Part shown: positions 46,956 through 49,984 of the stretch, piece by piece
Numbering within the stretch: position 1 is the stretch's first letter
Layout of the letters: the number at the start of each line of letters is the position of its first letter
NCBI GenBank assembly: GCA_017560625.1
Contig: JAFZEP010000093.1
Span: 1-49,984 of the forward strand
Direction: 5' to 3'
DNA from: Bacteroidales bacterium
Lineage (GTDB): Bacteria > Bacteroidota > Bacteroidia > Bacteroidales > UBA932
DNA length: 49,984 nt
The notes under the pieces: generated by a model
What the model was told of the DNA's origin: nothing
The model's input: the letters and a program-made list of their open reading frames with translations, nothing else
Database searches by the model: none
Program-made: the position numbers and the translations under genes

Positions 46956-48312
46956 ATAGAGTTTCAGATCTAAGCTTTTCAACATACCTGTCGATCTTTC
47001 TGATCTCTTTCGGAATGTCGATGCTCTGCGGGCAGTGTGCCATGCACTCGCCGCAAGCGATGCAGCGTGCTGCCTGTCTGAGCTTCGGAACAGCTCTGTC
47101 GTAGCTTACCAGGTATGCCCTTCTGGCCTTGCTGTAGTTGCTGTCCTCGCTGCTTGTTGCGATCTCTCCTGCATTCACGCACTTGTTGTAGTGCAGAAGG
47201 ATGGCAGGGATGTCGATGCCGTATGGACATGGCATGCAGTATTTGCAGTCGTTGCAAGGGATGGTAGGGTAGTCCTGCATCAGGATCACAGTCTCCTCAA
47301 GGAACTCAAGTTCATTCTCTGTCAATGCATTCAGTGGAGAGTATGTCTTGACGTTGTCCTGAAGATGCTCCATGTATGTCATGCCGCTGAGTACGCAGAG
47401 GACTCCTGCCGGTGTGCCGGCGAAGCGGAATGCCCAAGATGCTACGCTGCCCTGCGGGTTACGTTCCTTGAGACGCTCAGCTATGTTGTCTGGAACCTTT
47501 GAGAGTCGTCCTCCGAGGAGCGGCTCCATGATGATAGACGGGATGTTTCTCTTGTCGAGTTCCTGCTGGAGATATTCTGCATTGGCATTGCGTCCTCCGG
47601 CATGCTTCCAGTCTACATAGTTGAGCTGGATCTGCACGAAGTCCCAGTTGTATTGTTCGTGGGTAGCCATCAGCTCGTCAAATCCCTCAGTTGAACCATG
47701 GAATGAGAATCCAAGGTTTCTGATTCTTCCGGCCTTTCTTTCTTCAAGCAGGAAGTCGATCACGCCGTTGTCCACATATCTCTGCTGGAATGCATCCATG
47801 CCGCTGATGCTGTGCAGCAGATAGTAGTCGATGTAGTCAGTCTGAAGGTTTTCAAACGACTTGTAGTACATTTCAAGAGAGTTTTCTCTTGAATAATTGC
47901 TGAAGTTGGAGAGCTTTGTCGCGATGAAATAGCTTTCTCTAGGATGACGCTTCAAGGCTATGCCTGTAGCCTTCTCACTCTGTCCCTGAAGGTATACCGG
48001 AGCCGTGTCGAAATAGTTTACACCATGCTCGATAGCATAGTCCACCAGTCTGTTGGTTGTCTCCTGGTCTACAACATCCTTACCCTCTTCGTTCTTGATC
48101 ATAGGCCATCTCATGCAGCCGTATCCGAGGATGCTGACCTTGTCGCCGTTCTGAGGATGAGTCCTATATGTCATTTCACCGTCACCCTCAACAGGGGCTG
48201 TCGGATTGTCTGTAGATCCACCGCAGCCGGCTATGATTCCCAAACTGCCTGCGCCGAGAGCTGCAAATCCTGCAGCCTTCAGAAATTCTCTTCTGCTTAC
48301 GTTCTCTTTCAT
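46954..48312 (-). CDS. Aldo/keto reductase with a C-terminal 4Fe-4S dicluster and a twin-arginine-like N-terminus
   Basis: SRREFLK; LGYGCMR, YFDTAPVY, ATKL, DYYLLH; CNDCKYCMPC and CIACGECMAHCP; start at ATG 48312. Confidence 0.9.
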   Translation of the reverse strand: MKENVSRREFLKAAGFAALGAGSLGIIAGCGGSTDNPTAPVEGDGEMTYRTHPQNGDKVSILGYGCMRWPMIKNEEGKDVVDQETTNRLVDYAIEHGVNYFDTAPVYLQGQSEKATGIALKRHPRESYFIATKLSNFSNYSRENSLEMYYKSFENLQTDYIDYYLLHSISGMDAFQQRYVDNGVIDFLLEERKAGRIRNLGFSFHGSTEGFDELMATHEQYNWDFVQIQLNYVDWKHAGGRNANAEYLQQELDKRNIPSIIMEPLLGGRLSKVPDNIAERLKERNPQGSVASWAFRFAGTPAGVLCVLSGMTYMEHLQDNVKTYSPLNALTENELEFLEETVILMQDYPTIPCNDCKYCMPCPYGIDIPAILLHYNKCVNAGEIATSSEDSNYSKARRAYLVSYDRAVPKLRQAARCIACGECMAHCPQSIDIPKEIRKIDRYVEKLRSETL

Positions 48313-48324
48313 AGTCAATTGCGT

Positions 48325-49821
48325 TTAGATTTCTCTTTGTACTTCGTGTCCTTCGACGTGGATTGCTGCAAGCGGTCTTGCAGGGCAGAGGTTCTCACAT
48401 GCTCCGCAGCCGATGCACTTCTCCTCGATGACTGTAGGGATGAAAGGTGAATTCTCGTCATCCGGATTCATTCTGACATATCTGATGGCCTTAGTAGGAC
48501 AGTGGTCTGTGCAGTTGTAGCATTTCACGCCATCTGTGATCATTACACAAAGCTCTGGATTGACCACTGCATGTCCTATCTGGATAGAAGACTTCTCCTC
48601 AACTGTAATCGGCTTGATTGCGCCTGCAGGGCAAACCTGTGAACATTTGTTGCACTCCGGACGGCAGTAGCCACGCTCATATGACATCTCCGGCTGCATG
48701 AGTGTCTCAAGATCTGTAGACGGTCTGAGAACGTGGTTTGGACAAACGCTCACGCAAAGCTGACATGCAGTACAGTGACTGCTGAAGTTCTTGAGACTCT
48801 GTGAGCCAGCAGGAACGATAGGAGTCTGACGGCATGGCTTTGTCGCATTGCTGACAGCAGTCAATCCGCCGTCTACCTTCATGTCCTGAGCCTTGAGTGC
48901 AGCAGCACCGGCAACGAATGCGCCAGTAGCGATGAATGCTCTACGGCCATTGTCGTGTGAGTTGTCTGCCGGAGTGTTCTTTGCAGCCTTGTTCTTTGGT
49001 CTGAGGGCAAAATGAACTGCGCCGTGCTTGCAGTTGTCGATGCAATCCATGCAGGCAACGCAGCGGCTGTAGTCGATCTGGTGCTCCTTTGTGTCGATGC
49101 ATGATGACTTGCATGCCTTTCCGCAAAGTCCGCAGTTGTTGCACTTGTCAGTGTCGATCACCGGTGCGAAAAGACTGAAGCGTGACAGGAATCCCAATGT
49201 AGTGCCCACAGGACATATTGTATTGCACCATGTCCTTCCGTGCTTCCATGCGAGGACGAACACAGCTACAAATGTTACAATTGCAATTATGAATGTAGGA
49301 AGCGACTTGATCCACACGTCCACTTCATAGAAACTATAACTTCCGACCCTCTCTGCAATTGCAGCCATGACGTTGTTGCCCCACTGATAGACAGGAGCCA
49401 TGAGGTTTGCAGCAATTCTTCCATATGCGCTATATGGAGCCACAAGTGCAACCAATGAATGAACTCCCAGCACGAGCGCGATGATGAAGATCACCAGCAC
49501 ACCATACCTGAGCCAGTTCTTGGCAGGAGAGTATGTAAAGCGAAATTTATTTCGCTTTTTAAGTTTGCCCCGGAACCATGAGATGATGTCCTGCATCACT
49601 CCCAGAGGGCAGATTACCGAGCAGTAGACCCTTCCGAACAGAAGTGTCAAGACAACGAGTCCTGCGATCACGGCGAAATTAGCCGCAAGCACAGCAGGCA
49701 GGAACTGGACCTTAGCCATCCATCCCAGCCACGCATGAATAGTACCCGTAAAATCCAAAAACAGCAGAGTCACACCTAAGAAAAACACCGCCGCCAATAC
49801 AATCCTGATTTTTCGTAGCAT
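48325..49821 (-). CDS. Membrane polyferredoxin (NapH-like membrane domain fused to a NapG/NapF-like 4Fe-4S domain)
   Basis: GRVYCSVICPLG and GRTWCNTICPVG, several TM helices, six CxxCxx(x)CxxxC-type clusters. Confidence 0.88.
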   Translation of the reverse strand: MLRKIRIVLAAVFFLGVTLLFLDFTGTIHAWLGWMAKVQFLPAVLAANFAVIAGLVVLTLLFGRVYCSVICPLGVMQDIISWFRGKLKKRNKFRFTYSPAKNWLRYGVLVIFIIALVLGVHSLVALVAPYSAYGRIAANLMAPVYQWGNNVMAAIAERVGSYSFYEVDVWIKSLPTFIIAIVTFVAVFVLAWKHGRTWCNTICPVGTTLGFLSRFSLFAPVIDTDKCNNCGLCGKACKSSCIDTKEHQIDYSRCVACMDCIDNCKHGAVHFALRPKNKAAKNTPADNSHDNGRRAFIATGAFVAGAAALKAQDMKVDGGLTAVSNATKPCRQTPIVPAGSQSLKNFSSHCTACQLCVSVCPNHVLRPSTDLETLMQPEMSYERGYCRPECNKCSQVCPAGAIKPITVEEKSSIQIGHAVVNPELCVMITDGVKCYNCTDHCPTKAIRYVRMNPDDENSPFIPTVIEEKCIGCGACENLCPARPLAAIHVEGHEVQREI

Positions 49822-49842
49822 ATAGTTTAGTTTATATTTCTA

Positions 49843-49850
49843 CAAATATA
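49843..49850 (-). promoter_or_regulatory. -7 promoter element for the ferredoxin-AKR operon
   Basis: TATATTTG on the minus strand 21 nt upstream of ATG 49821. Confidence 0.55.
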
Positions 49851-49883
49851 AAAAAAAGGTATGAACCTGTCAGGTTCATACCT
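49850..49883 (-). terminator. Intrinsic terminator of the upstream minus-strand gene
   Basis: aggtatgaacctg-t-caggttcatacct with a poly-T run on the minus strand. Confidence 0.82.
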
Positions 49884-49890
49884 AAAATCT

Positions 49891-49984
49891 TTAGTTAAGT
49901 ATCGCACAATCAAAGTACTCATTGAAAAGCGCCATCGCTCTGTCAAGCTGCTCTGGAGTGTTGGTTGGAGTGTCCTTCAACTGG
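49891..49984 (-). CDS. pflA: 3' end of a gene, probably pyruvate formate-lyase activating enzyme (partial)
   Basis: Manual translation QLKDTPTNTPEQLDRAMALFNEYFDCAILN*, followed by a terminator; resembles the Bacteroidales PflA C-terminus from memory, only 30 aa visible. Confidence 0.5.
   Translation of the reverse strand, partial: QLKDTPTNTPEQLDRAMALFNEYFDCAILN

Noticed and set aside
1-49984. Many 60-230 aa alternative-frame and antisense ORFs in the ORF track (e.g. 8763-9455, 9699-10376, 44322-44978)
   Set aside because: They overlap well-supported genes, show no motifs, and are expected shadows of strong codon bias.

Overview
The window is a Bacteroidales chromosomal segment (inferred from TAnnTTTG promoters, SusC/SusD genes, a T9SS C-terminal domain and A-rich translation starts without Shine-Dalgarno sites). 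(1) 1-6178: the distal part of a starch/alpha-glucan operon (pullulanase C-terminus, GH13 amylase, SusA-like GH13, SusB-like GH97). (2) 6220-23070: housekeeping genes (flavodoxin-fold reductase, aminotransferase, CoA-transferase, uvrA, two nucleoside kinases, MBL hydrolase, acyl-CoA ligase, AraC regulator, OM barrel, sugar MFS permease plus ROK kinase, lysoplasmalogenase). (3) 23353-46914: a 23.5 kb co-oriented cluster of three SusC/SusD pairs with no recognisable CAZyme. It carries two S8 subtilisin-like lipoprotein proteases, one with a T9SS CTD and an adjacent PorV-like barrel, and is a candidate protein/peptide utilisation locus. (4) 46954-49984: an aldo/keto reductase plus polyferredoxin operon and the 3' end of a probable pflA. 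Non-coding signals include an in-frame repeat/palindrome insertion in uvrA, a 53-bp direct repeat around a hairpin element, a hairpin-dense intergenic region, two candidate sRNAs and a structured susC leader. I saw no tRNA, rRNA, CRISPR array, transposase or integrase. All family calls come from motif recognition by eye; no searches were run.
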